64,000 nt of DNA from Octopus sinensis (taxonomy: Eukaryota), in contig NC_043016.1 in assembly GCF_006345805.1 (NCBI RefSeq), positions 23,684,001-23,748,000 of the forward strand, written 5' to 3'. This document shows, in pieces, positions 1 to 11,549 of this stretch (its first letter is position 1; every line of letters begins with the position of its first letter). The position numbers were made by a program, and so were the translations under genes. The notes beneath the pieces are model-generated. The model did not search any database and was not told the origin of the DNA. It was given only the letters and a program-made list of their open reading frames with translations.

Positions 1-325
1 TGTAGATGAAGTAGTTCACTTGATACAAGGAGAGCCTTCAACTGGGGTCAATCAAGGAACCCCACAGATCCAGGATAAGCCTGACCACAAAAGGGCTAAG
101 CCATTGGCCACCTGTTGTTTTCCAATCTGCAGGTGTATGCTTAGAGTACTATTCACCCTAATAACTTTTACCACAGTCACCAATTTTGAGAGATAAGCTG
201 GAGGAGAGCACTTTCGTCTCCAGCCTCACTTTTCTTTCTCTGTGGAGCTTCTAAAAGGGAATGTGGCTCAGCCAAGGAGCAAGATATCTGTACTCAATCC
301 TTTCAGCCCAATCCACCACAATAAT
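1..325 (-). mobile_element. Tx1/L1-like LINE 3' remnant (ORF2 C-terminus and 3'UTR)
   Basis: Minus-strand frames give VWWIGLKGL...RKVRLETKVL...VTVVKVIRVN, like the C-terminus of the Tx1-like copy at 60655-62028. The UTR motif aatcaaggaacccc is shared with 6713-6726. Confidence 0.55.
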
Positions 326-439
326 AAAAACAAATAATGATACTAATAATAATGTTGATGATGATGATGATCTTCAAAATGTTTAAAAAAATTTTTTTGT
401 TTCAGTGATTATGCTGCAGCCATTCTGGAGCACTGCCTT

Positions 440-600
440 GACCATGGCACTTTTAACAGCCATGAACTTAACCAAATGAAAAGAAAGACAGACATCACAA
501 TGACCTCATTATCAAAGAAGTTTGATGACAATGATGTTATCAAAGCTACCCAACAATTTCTGAAAGTGTCTAACAAATATTTGTACAATAAAAATATACA
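440..600 (+). mobile_element. degraded mariner transposase C-terminal fragment
   Basis: ORF 476..670 contains KKFDDNDVIKATQQFLKVSNKYLYNK, resembling the mariner end RFxxDxEVKxAVxEFL...FY. Confidence 0.4.
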
Positions 601-706
601 TATCAACATTCTTGTTTTTCTTTTGTTGTTTTTCTTGTTTCAATCATTGGGCTATAATATTGCTGGGTGAAGTGTTTAGTTGATTAAATTAACCACAATA
701 AATATT

Positions 707-850
707 TTAACCCTTTAGCATTCAGTTGACTCGGTCAAGTATAAAGCTTTTTAATTCACATTGATTTGAATTAATCAAGCATTATCTTGTAGCTTTGAAA
801 TTTCAAAGACATGAGTTTATTTTCAGAATTATATTGTTGGGTAGTGTGAG
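707..850. mobile_element. piggyBac-like MITE end
   Basis: Begins TTAA-CCCTTT, the same terminal motif as the element at 4434-4800. Confidence 0.35.
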
Positions 851-1099
851 AGGTCAGTTTGAACATAGATAGAATTTTTTGTCCAGATTCATCTGTTTTG
901 TATTTTTTTAATTCAAGCTGCTTAGTTAGAGAGATGTACAGAAACCAATACCAGCTGTTAAGCAGTGAGAGATAGGAGTGCATGCCTGCACACACATGCA
1001 CAAACATACAAATCCTCTCACTGAAGTAAATCCACAGGAAAATTTTTCCTCTTCTCCAAATTTTGTGGACTTCATTCTAAACTAAATGGAATTTCATAA

Positions 1100-1365
1100 C
1101 ATATGCAAAAAACAAAGATAGGAAAAGAGGAAAAAAAAAGATGATTAAGAAAAAATAATAGAAAAATAGAACGATTGTAAATAGTGTATATAAAAGTTCA
1201 AATGGTACTGCATGGGAGTGGGGCCAATGCAGCCATTTCATTTCTTTCTTTTTATATAACATCTCATTCGTATTAGTTTTATGTTTTATATCCCCGTTGT
1301 GGTGTTGTGTCTGTCCTTGTAGTGTCCCCCTCTGTGTTGTGGCCATAGGGCCAAATAAAGAAATA
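1100..1365 (+). mobile_element. Tx1-like 3'UTR/tail fragment
   Basis: T-rich stretch ending TGTCCTTGTAGTGTCCCCCTCTGTGTTG...AATAAAGAAATA, similar to tails at 6483-6530 and 60655-60700. Confidence 0.35.
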
Positions 1366-2864
1366 GGCCTCTACCCAACTAGTCAGAGCCTGCAAGTTTC
1401 AAGCCTACTATCCCTAGCAGCCTAAAAGTAGTAGGCTTCTGTGCTTCAATCATGACCCAACACAGACACCTAGGCAGTGACTGGAATTTCTCTTCTAAGT
1501 ATATCCCCTTATTTCTCCGTATAACTAAAACCAATGTCCATGTACAATAGCCATAGGTGTACTGAAGGTGTTCAAGTGAAAAGCATGATCTACAACATCT
1601 ATTAAAACATTCAGCACAACAAAGTGGGTAGTATTTATTTAACAATGCGACATTATTTCATACATATAATTACTTCATGCATGTCATTGTACAACTCTCA
1701 AGCTATCCTATTTTTTGAACTACAGTTAATCTCTTTGGTCCCTTGTCAGAAAAAAAAGTTCCTCCAACTACTACACAGAATCATTTTCTCTTCCAATTCA
1801 TAACAGACTTCAGTGAGCACTACCTCCACAGAAAGGGTCTCTGCCATCACTGCCCACTTGGCAAGCTTGATTTCTTTTATTTAGGCACATGGCCTTTATA
1901 AAGAGAAGACACCACAAGGACAGACAAAACAAGACATTGGAGGTACATATAAAACACATATCGAATGGACTACGACTATGATAAAAAATGAGGATGAAAT
2001 AGCTTACTCACCCCTCCACCTTTCCACCCAATATTTCGACAAGATCAGCTAAGTCTAAACTTTGATGATGAGATCATAATAAGACTGAAACATTTTAGAG
2101 TTGATTCATACTTGCTGAAATAATTAAAATTACTAATTACTTTCTCTTGATATATGACACCACTGTTGAAACTATGGAAAAGTATAGCATTTACTCTGGT
2201 TTGTATTCTATCAGAGTAAGAAAATTAATCATGAAGTTGTTTTTCAGTTGAGTTAAAAACAATTACAGAGCTAATAAGCTGATCTGACTCTTGTAATTTC
2301 AAACTTAGAATATTCATATCAACTGAAAATTAAAATTATATTTGTCAATGGCCAACTGGAACCAGACACTGAAGAAAAAATATGACACATTCAGTTGATA
2401 TGTTTATAGAGATTGCAATAAGACATGAACATTTTATAACAGAAAAATGATTGAAGACTTTGTTATTAAATGGCAGTGGACTGAGAGAGGGTGAGCAGGG
2501 GAGAGAGGGGAGTGAAAAAGAGAGAGAAAATGAGAGTGAAAGACAGAGAGAGAAGAGACAGAGTAGGAGAGAGAAAGAAAGAGGGGAGAGAGAGAGAACT
2601 ATGCCATCAGACGACTATAACAAACTTTAAATTGAAACAGTAATGACGATAATTGCAGTGGTGGTACTGGTGGTGAGTGGCATTACTGGTTGTACAGCTG
2701 GTACTGGGTTATTTTTGAAATACCCCCTGCCCTTCTACCTGCAGCCTGGGATACACACAGCCTGGGGTACTACTGGTACAAGTGATTACTGAAAGATCGT
2801 TGATTCCATCTGAAACAAGGTTCTTTGCAATTTGCAAAATCCTGGTATTTGTAATGAATACCCA

Positions 2865-3310
2865 TTAAAATACTTGTATAGAATACGGCTTTCTGTTTCT
2901 ATTTTTAATCTGTTGAGTTCTTACCATTAAGGAGATGGTTTCAAACAAAGATGCAAAAAAGTTCCATTGCTGGAATTTGGATAACAACAATAACATGTGT
3001 TTATATGTGTCTATGAATATACATACGTGTGTATATGCATTTTCATGTGTATTAACATACTTATGCATATGTGTGTATGTATGTCTCTGTAAATGTATGT
3101 TTGTGTATATGTGTGTGTGTGTGTGTGTGTACATGCATATGTACACATATTTTCATGTGTGTGTACAAATCTGTCTGCCTGTGTGTATGTATTCATGTAT
3201 ATGTGTACATGTGTGTGTACGTCTCTCTGATTCCCTGTGTGTCTGTTTGCATGTATATATGTATGTATCACTGTGCATATGTAGCGATGTATGTATCTAT
3301 TTATGCATGT
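2865..3310. repeat. degenerate (TG)/(TA) low-complexity tract
   Basis: Direct reading; explains the overlapping Y/I/H/T and C/V/M ORFs. Confidence 0.85.
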
Positions 3311-3633
3311 ATGTCATTGTTCAGTTTTATTTCAAGATTTCTTGCCAATAGAGAAAGAGCCGGTTTTTAACCTACATCAGAGGCTGCTTCTTTGGAATTT
3401 CAACACAAACTAATAGGATATTTTTGTATGTATGTATGTATGTATGTATGTATGTATAGGTGCACATTTGTGTGTTTTGTTTTATGTATGTACTCTCATG
3501 CATGTACTTGCATATCTAGACATGCTCATATATACTTAAATGATAAACTTCTGGAAAGTTTTACAGATTTTTATAGTTTAAGTGATGGATTGGATCTGTA
3601 GTCTTTGAATCAGCTTTCTCCTTTCTAGTCTGG

Positions 3634-3701
3634 TATGTATGTATGTATGTATGTATGTATGTATGTATGTATGTATGTATGTATGTATGTATGTATGTAT
3701 G

Positions 3702-3733
<32 letters not shown>

Positions 3734-3884
3734 TGTATGTATGTATGATGTATGTATGTGTATGTATGTATGTAGTATGTATGTATGTATGTATGTAATG
3801 TATGTATGTATGTATGTATGTATGTATGTATGTATGTATGTATGTATGTATGTATGTATGTATGTATGTATGTATGTATGTATG

Positions 3885-3915
<31 letters not shown>

Positions 3916-3975
3916 TGTATGTATGTATGTATGTATGTATGTATGTATGTATGTATGTATGTATGTATGTATGTA

Positions 3976-4016
<41 letters not shown>

Positions 4017-4260
4017 GTGTGTATGTGTATGTGTGTGTGTGTGCATATGTGTGTATTGTATGTATGTCTCAAACCAGATAGATTCTGTATGTATATGTGT
4101 GTATGTATGTGTGTATGTGTGTATGTGTGTGTGTTGTGTGTGTGTATGTATGTAAGTATGAATGTATGTATGTATGTATGTATGTATGTATGTATGTATG
4201 TGTGTGTGTTTGTATGTGTGTGTGCGCACTTGTGTGCATATGTATATATTGCATGTATGT
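3634..4260. repeat. (TATG)n/(TG)n microsatellite array
   Basis: About 90 near-perfect TATG units followed by TG-rich variants. Confidence 0.97.
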
Positions 4261-4433
4261 CTCAAACCAGATAGATTCTGCTAAAGAAACCCATTGGCCA
4301 TGTGGTTATGCTGAATTGAGCCAGAATAGATCTACCACTCAAACTACAGATGTTTAAGTTGAACATCCCCCATGTTGCTCTCGACAGTGTGGGAAGTCCT
4401 AGAACTCTGTTTATAGGTACAGCACTTCATATA

Positions 4434-4800
4434 TTAACTGTCTTGATACTAACCTGTCTGAGACTGGTTCTGTGATAGAAATTCAGTTTTAAAATTATTT
4501 GGATTGAAACCTTTCACCAAAACAACATTTTAATTTATGTTCTAGAGACCAGCTTAATAATGACAAAGTCATTTTACTGAAACCTCATTATCTTCAAGAT
4601 TTATTGCAACAAAAGTTGTGTATTTCAACAGAAATTTAGTAACGAAAGGGTTAAAGTGATCTAAATTAAAATTTATCGAAGTTTCATGTTCCAAACACTA
4701 GTTTGATAATGACAAAATTATTTTTATATATTTTTCATTATTTTCAAAATAAACTGAAACAAAGTGTATTTCAACAGAAATATGGTAACAGAAGAGTTAA
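4434..4800. mobile_element. piggyBac-like MITE with two tandem right ends
   Basis: TTAA at 4434, GAAAGGG-TTAA at about 4644-4654 and GAAGAG-TTAA at 4791-4800. The block GTGTATTTCAACAGAAAT precedes both right ends. Confidence 0.45.
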
Positions 4801-5020
4801 ATATGTTAAATAAATTTTTAAAACAATATACACTCAGTTAGATAGCCTTACAGCCTTATGTAATTGATATTTATCTATTGAACACACTGTTGCTGATGGT
4901 AGACATTTCATTTGAGAGATTGACATGGAGAGGATTTCTCAGAAATGCAAAATAGACTGACAATCAATCAATCAATATGCTATTGGACATTTAAACCATG
5001 TGTATACACAGACACACACA

Positions 5021-5063
<43 letters not shown>

Positions 5064-5127
5064 TTATATATACATACGTACATACATTGCATACATATAT
5101 ATTCTTTTCTCTTTTATTTTTACAGAG

Positions 5128-5365
5128 ATGTAAACACACCACCATTGGTTGTCAAGTGATATGGGTGGGGGACAAACACAGACATGCAAACACACACACA
5201 CATATGATGGGCTTCTTCCAGTTTCTGTCTACCAAATCCACTTACAAGGCTTTGGTCAGCCCGAGGCTATAGTAGGAGACACTTGCTCAAAGTACTGCAC
5301 AGTAGGACCAAACCCGGAACCATGTGGTAAGCAATCTGCTTACCGCACAGTCACTCCTGGGCCTA
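5128..5365 (-). mobile_element. SINE family A (tRNA head, CORE-like centre), partial
   Basis: Reverse complement of the head and body seen at 23051-23498. Confidence 0.8.
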
Positions 5366-5432
5366 ATATTTTATATACATATATAATATATATTTATGTA
5401 TACACATAGTTTAAATAACTTTTTGGCTTTTA

Positions 5433-5472
<40 letters not shown>

Positions 5473-5787
5473 GCGAGAGAGAGAGAGAGAAAGAGAGAGA
5501 GGGAATATATATTTATAAATTGTTACAAATTGTTAACGATCAATTAGCTAGACAAGATAGAAGAATAACAGAACTGACAGATGAAAGAAATGATATAAGT
5601 AAGATAGATTATTGGCACATTGGATTAATAATGGATTTTATTCAATAAACAAATCAAAAGTAAACATTGAATAAAACAATAGGCATCAATACTTTGGGTG
5701 TTCCTACAATAAAATACAGAAGGGTTGTATACTCAGCTGGAAATCAAATAAATACAATATATATTAAGATAAAAAAGATAATGTTCA

Positions 5788-5800
5788 TTAATAATAAATA

Positions 5801-5852
<52 letters not shown>

Positions 5853-5869
5853 TGATGATGATGATGACG

Positions 5870-5918
<49 letters not shown>

Positions 5919-5938
5919 TGATGATGATGATGATGATG

Positions 5939-5978
<40 letters not shown>

Positions 5979-6048
5979 TGATGATGATGACGATAATAAT
6001 AATAATAATAATAATAATGATGATGATGATGATGACGATAATAATAAT

Positions 6049-6101
<53 letters not shown>

Positions 6102-6114
6102 TATGATGATGACG

Positions 6115-6162
<48 letters not shown>
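5788..6162. repeat. compound (AAT)n/(GAT)n array with higher-order units
   Basis: Alternating AAT and GAT blocks, most ending GACGAT. Confidence 0.95.
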
Positions 6163-6164
<2 letters not shown>

Positions 6165-6420
6165 CAATTCCTATCATAGTAGGTGCATTAGGCATGATAA
6201 AAAAATATTCAGACAAATACATAACAAAAACACCAGGACTTACAAACACATATAACATACAGAAAATTGCACTACTAGGCACTGCACACATCCTACGCAG
6301 AACACTTTCAATACAATAACCATCAGAGCATCACAACAAATCACAGCACATACCCAAGGCACACAGAGCTGCGCTCGGTAGTGAAGTGAAAGCACGCAAA
6401 AAAAATAAAACTACTGAATA
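6162..6420 (+). mobile_element. R4/Dong-like non-LTR element, 5'-truncated 3' end
   Basis: Translates TIPIIVGALGMIKKYSDKYITKTPGLTNTYNIQKIALLGTAHILRRTLSIQ*, typical of an R4-clade C-terminus. Flanked by (TAA)n on both sides. Confidence 0.85.
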
Positions 6421-6482
6421 ATAATAATAATAATGATGATGATGATGATGATGATGATAATAATAATGATAATAATAATAAT

Positions 6483-6853
6483 GATTTATTTTATTTGCTA
6501 CCAAGGGGAAGGACAAGGGGGACAATACAAAAACAGACATAAAGTGTGTGTGTATGTGTGGGGTAAGATATAATAGAATGATAAAATAAAAAGTATACAA
6601 GGTATACATTAGAAGAAGGGAAGTATACATAGTGTATGATACTAGAAAAAGAGGGGAAAAAAAAAAGTGATCGTAATGGGTTCCCCTTAATGCAGGAGGA
6701 CCTTTAGGGATAATCAAGGAACCCCCACCATCCAAGATCACCCTGAGTACCAAGGATGAGAGCCCACTCCAACTTCTTTCTTCCGACTCACAGGTCTACA
6801 CTGAGAGTGGTACCACTCACTCTTGCTATTTTTGCGACTTTCACCCACCTTTT

Positions 6854-6857
<4 letters not shown>
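6483..6857 (-). mobile_element. Tx1/L1-like 5'-truncated 3' end
   Basis: Minus frame MKRWVKVAKIARVSGTTLSVDL*, then a T-rich UTR and the tail TTGTCCCCCTTGTCC...AAATAAAATAAAT. Confidence 0.65.
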
Positions 6858-6937
<80 letters not shown>

Positions 6938-6993
6938 CAATGATTATGATGATGATAATGATGATGTGATGCTGCTGCTGCTGATGAGGATGT

Positions 6994-7030
<37 letters not shown>
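6857..7030. repeat. (AAT)n/(GAT)n microsatellite
   Basis: Direct reading. Confidence 0.95.
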
Positions 7031-7032
<2 letters not shown>

Positions 7033-7067
7033 TCTTTTATTGGCCACCAGGGCTTACATAAAAATAT

Positions 7068-8046
7068 GACCTATACACACAGGAAGCTATACCAACACTA
7101 TGGAATAACAACAGAAAAAATGTAGTATGGCACACCCAAGAAATGGTCACAGAAAATGAGAAAGCAACCATACTCTGGGATATGCCAAATCACACAGATA
7201 GAAAAATCAAAGTTAATAGTCTGGATATAGCTGTCAGACCAAGAAAATAAATGCCTTCTAATTGATGTATCAATACCAACAGATGACAATGTTTCTCAAA
7301 AAGAAACAGAGAAACTTTCAAAATACAAAGACCTGGAAATAGAGATAACTTGAATGTGGAGCCTAAAAACAAAAACAATTCCTATAATAGTAGGTGCATT
7401 AGGTATGATAAAAAACATTCAGACAAATACATAATAAAAAAAAAAACAGGACTATATAAAAACAGGCGCAGGGGTGGCTGTGTGGTAAGTAGCTTGCTAA
7501 CCAACCACATGGTTCCGGGTTCAGTCCCACTGCGTGGCATCTCGGGCAAGTGTCTTCTGCTATAGCCCCGGGCCGACCAATGCCTTGTGAGTGGATTTGG
7601 TAGACGGAAACTGAAAGAAGCCTGTCATATATATATATATATATAAGTGTGTGTGTATATGTTTGTGTGTCTGTGTTTGTCCCCCTAGCATTGCTTGACA
7701 ACCGATGCTGGTGTGTTTACGTCCCCGTCACTTAGCGGTTCGGCAAAAGAGACCGATAGAATAAGTACTGGGCTTACAAAGAATAAGTCCCGGGGTCGAT
7801 TTGCTTGACTAAAGGCAGTGCTCCAGCATGGCCGCAGTCAAATGGCTGAAACAAGTAAAAGAGAGTATATAACATACAGAAAATAGCACCACTAGGCACA
7901 ACAAACATCCTATGTAAAACACTTTCAATACAGTGAAAATAAGAGTGCCACAACAAACCACAGCACATACTTAAGGCACACAGATCTGTGCTTGGTAGCG
8001 GAGTCAAAGCACATGATAAAAATAAGACTACTGAATAATAACAATA
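7068..8046 (+). mobile_element. R4/Dong-like element, restriction-like endonuclease region, split by a SINE
   Basis: Frameshifted translation includes EMVTENEKATILWDMP, LDIAV, KCLLIDVSIPTDDNVSQKETEKLSKYKDLEIEIT and TIPIIVGALG. It resumes after 7867 and ends in TAA repeats. Confidence 0.85.
7464..7867 (+). mobile_element. SINE family A, full length, nested in the Dong-like copy
   Basis: A-box TGGCTGTGTGGT, B-box GGTTCAGTCCC, internal (TA)n(TG)n, tail CCAGCATGGCCGCAG...GAAACAAGTAAAAG. Confidence 0.92.
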
Positions 8047-8129
8047 ACGTTTAGGTCACAAATAAAATTTTTGAACAGATGGATAGAGGAAATAGGCATA
8101 AAATGCAGTTTAGTACAGCTCCAGAAAAT

Positions 8130-8525
8130 GGATTCTTTTAATCTTTTATTTGTTTTAGTCATTTGACTGTGGCCATGCTGGAGCACCACCTTTAGTCGAA
8201 CAAATCGACCCAAGAAATTATTCTTTATAAGCCTAGTACTTATTGTATTGGCTACTTTTGCCGAACCGCTAAATTACGGGGGCATAAACACACCAGCATC
8301 AGTTGTCAAGCGATGGTAGGGGGACAAACACAGACACACAAACACACACACACACACACACACATACACATGACGAGCTATTTCAATTTCTATCTACCAA
8401 ATCCATTCACAAGGCTTTGCGGCCTGAGGCTGTAGTAGAAAACACTTGCCCAAGGTGCCACGCAGTGGGACTGAATCTGGAACCATGTGGCTGGTAAGCA
8501 AGCTACTTACCACACAGCCACACCT
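8130..8525 (-). mobile_element. SINE family A
   Basis: Reverse-complement match to the family A head, body and tail. Confidence 0.85.
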
Positions 8526-8527
8526 GT

Positions 8528-9035
8528 GCTTTTGGGTAGAGAAGGGTATCTTTAAAGTGACTGAGCAGAGATTAGTAGATCAAGCTAATGCTATTTGGAG
8601 AAGAAAGTGGACGACATTATTGGGGATAGAAGAGATCACAAGAGAACTGGAAAAGAAAGACAAGGCAGTGGGAAAGACAAACAACAACATAAGAGAGACA
8701 GCTCAAATCGAAGAAGAACCTAAAGGGCAAAATAAAAATAGTGCTACTAATAAGGAAGGGGCAACTGGTACCAGCGATTTAAGTGGTTTAAATGAGGAAG
8801 ATCATAAGATTTTAGATGAGTTGCAGGAAGTAATGAGTGAAGAAGTAAGATAAAGACTGCTAGCATTAAAAGGCACCGACAGAAGGAAGTTGCTAGAAAT
8901 GACTAGGAAAGTAGATTCTGTTATCAGTAGGACAGAAACTAAAATTATAGAAGACACTAACTTATTGATCTATGCAGGAGGGCTAGTAGTCACCAGAAGA
9001 TTAAATATCGACCCCAAAAGGATAAAAAGCAAAGT
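8528..9035 (+). mobile_element. R4/Dong-like ORF N-terminal remnant
   Basis: EQRLVDQANAIWRRKW...GIEEITREL and, after a stop, EDTNLLIYAGGLVVTRRL, resembling the N-terminus of R4/Dong ORFs (recall). Confidence 0.6.
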
Positions 9036-9111
9036 TAACCTCAGTGGAACTTGAGCTCAGTACAGAGTGACAGGCAAAATACTGCTAAGCATTTCATCCA
9101 ATAATAATAAT

Positions 9112-9472
9112 AACAAGAGCACCCAGAGAGTGCGAACCTCCGCCAAGGCAACATCAACTTCCTCTCAATGATTAGCCAGAGATGATTTTTAAAATGAGAA
9201 TATCTGAAATAAACTTGACTGCTCTCACAAACAAAAATACTAAAAATGAACCTGACCACTCTCAAAAATTAAGTTAAAAAACCAGAAAAATAATCCAGAG
9301 TCCTTGGTTGGTACTGGATTGATCCCAAAATCTAATCAGTTTGTGCCAGTCACGAGGCCAAACATCCTTGAAAGGAATCCATTCAGTGGTTCTTGAGATA
9401 TCTTGTCCACAGGCAAACAAAGAAACATGACTGAAAACAATACCTCCGCCTTAGAGAAGGCAGAGGTAATAA
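9112..9472 (-). mobile_element. Helentron-type non-autonomous element (HINE/DINE-1-like)
   Basis: Short inverted repeat ACCTCCGCCTT-AGAG-AAGGCAGAGGT at 9442-9467, matching subTIR ACCTCCGCC at 9136-9144, terminal stem-loop GCAC...GTGC at 9119-9133, TT-rich ends. Confidence 0.7.
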
Positions 9473-10169
9473 ATGCTCCGATGCAATACCAAGCAGTGAG
9501 TCCCATTGCTTCTGATCTTAACTGATTGCAAGTGTTATCATGCACATGTTTTGTTTTGGTATAAAAGAAGGGCTACAGCAAATATTCTACTCAATACTGC
9601 AAATTTGTTTGTCAGTTGCTTGACCTTCACCTGTTGAGCATGTCTTCAGTGGCTGATGATATGTGCATAACAAAAACAACAACAACAACAACAACAGCAA
9701 CAACAACAACAAAAGCAACAACAATAGAATAAGAAAAATAATGAGGGTTATGATGAGAAGATTAAGAAGAATAGATTACTCTGATGAAAACTGCCATACT
9801 CATATGTCTCTGACATTGAAAAACTATATTTACCATAAATGTCTGAAATTTAAAAAAAAATTATAAGCTGGTTATTACTGGATTACAAGAAAAGAATAAT
9901 GACAAATAAATTACTATTGTTCAAATGAATGAACAAAAATGTTTGCTCCAATGATTCCTTTAACTGCTGGATGATTTTAATGTGGGTAAAGAATGTATTT
10001 TGTGTCTTGTATTTGTGGTTCAGGGTTAAAAGGTAAAACAGAGAACATATTGAACATAGTATTAGACCAGAAATTAAATATGGGACTACAGCAAAAAATA
10101 TATTTGACAGATGGATGTTATACTGAATATTTACTGTACACAACATAAGATGTATTGAACTATAGAAAA

Positions 10170-11090
10170 AATATATTCTGAAGATGGATGTTGGTCTAGT
10201 GAAGAATGTTCCAGTCAGCAAGGTCTATTGATTAGTGACTTTCTGATAAGAGTTAAATAGGCTCTGAAGCACATCTGGGAATGAAAGGTTTGGACACTGA
10301 AAGGTCTCTTGGGTAGATGTGGCTTCAGAGAAGTACTGAATAACAGAGTATTTTGAGAAGGAGGACTAAGACAAAGATAATGGGAGTTTCTACCAGACAT
10401 CCTTGCTGTAAAGAACAGGCTAGATTTGTGGATAGAGTGGGTTACAGCCGAATGGAAGGTGATGAAATGGTGGGGTAGATACCATTGTAGAAGCTAAGAG
10501 ACCAGCTTTGAAAGGCTGAAAGAAAGTGTGAAACACAAGGAAAAAAATCAATTTGATAGAAATGAATGTTGACACTAGGGTTTTTCTATTTGTGAAGAGA
10601 GAAGCAGAAAGTAAGAGATTTGCCAATGTTTTGTGACAAAAGAATCAAAAGTGTGAGGTGTTCTGTATTCAAAGCAGTTTATTAGTGTGAATCAGGATGT
10701 AGTTTGTAAAGAAAAGACAGCTGCACACTTGCTGAGACTGATACTGAGAAGAAAGGCAGAAATGCTACTATGAGTGGTTGGGTTGTTTTGTGAAGAGAAA
10801 CCATGGAAGAAAGAGAAGGAGAAAGAGAGAGAGAGAAAGAGAAAGAGAGAGAGAGAAAGAGAAAGAGAGAGAGAGAGATTACAGGAGGGACTACAGGAAG
10901 TCAGTCCAACAATGTGACTTGTTATTGAAGTTGACAGCTATATGCTTTGAAGTGTTAAGAATATGAAGGCAGGGAAGGAGGCTGGACCATCAAGGAGAGT
11001 CACTGAGATGGTGAAAATATCAGGTGAAGTAGAAAATGTGCTAGTTAATCACTTACATGTTCAAGCAGTTAGTATAGTGAGGTATCATTT
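10170..11090 (-). mobile_element. degraded CR1-group (Zenon-like) LINE, endonuclease-to-RT linker
   Basis: Minus-strand fragments such as RKTLVSTFISIK and LSPPSQNTL resemble this region of CR1/Zenon ORF2; many stops. Confidence 0.45.
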
Positions 11091-11325
11091 CGAATGACTA
11101 AAGTGTCATCTTTGACTGTTACAAAGACAAAGGAGATACATTTAAGAGCATTAAGTGCAGAGGTTTCAATTTTTTGGAAAATAAGAGTTTTTGCACAATT
11201 GAATAGGAAGAGAATTAAGAGCCAGCCAAATATCACAGCACAATTAATACAACAGTTACACTACCTCAGCAATATCAACCAATTGTTTTTTGAAGTTCTC
11301 AGCCCCACAAATACACCTCAAGATA

Positions 11326-11542
11326 TATTTCTTTATTGCCCACAAGGGGCTAAACATAGAGGGGACAGACAAAGGGATTAAGTCAATTACATAGACCCCA
11401 GTGCGTAACTGGTACTTAATTTATCGACCCCCAAAAGGATGAAAGGCAAAGTCGACCTTGGCGGAATTTGAACTCACAACGTAACGGCAGACGAAATACG
11501 GCTACGCATCTCGCCTGGCGTGCTAACGTTTCTGGCAGCTCG
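11326..11542 (-). mobile_element. SINE family B
   Basis: Head GAGCTGCCAGAAACGTTAGCAC, B-box GAGTTCAAATTCC, central GGTCGACTTTGCCTTTCATCC...GTCGATAAATTAAGTACCAG, tail ...GTGGGCAATAAAGAAAT. Confidence 0.88.
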
Positions 11543-11549
11543 ACTTTTT

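Noticed and set aside
3561-4274. Long YIHT/MYVC ORFs (also at 20.5, 30.8-32.6, 36.1, 45.8 and 54.1 kb)
   Set aside because: Translations of (TACA)n/(TG)n repeats that lack stops by composition.
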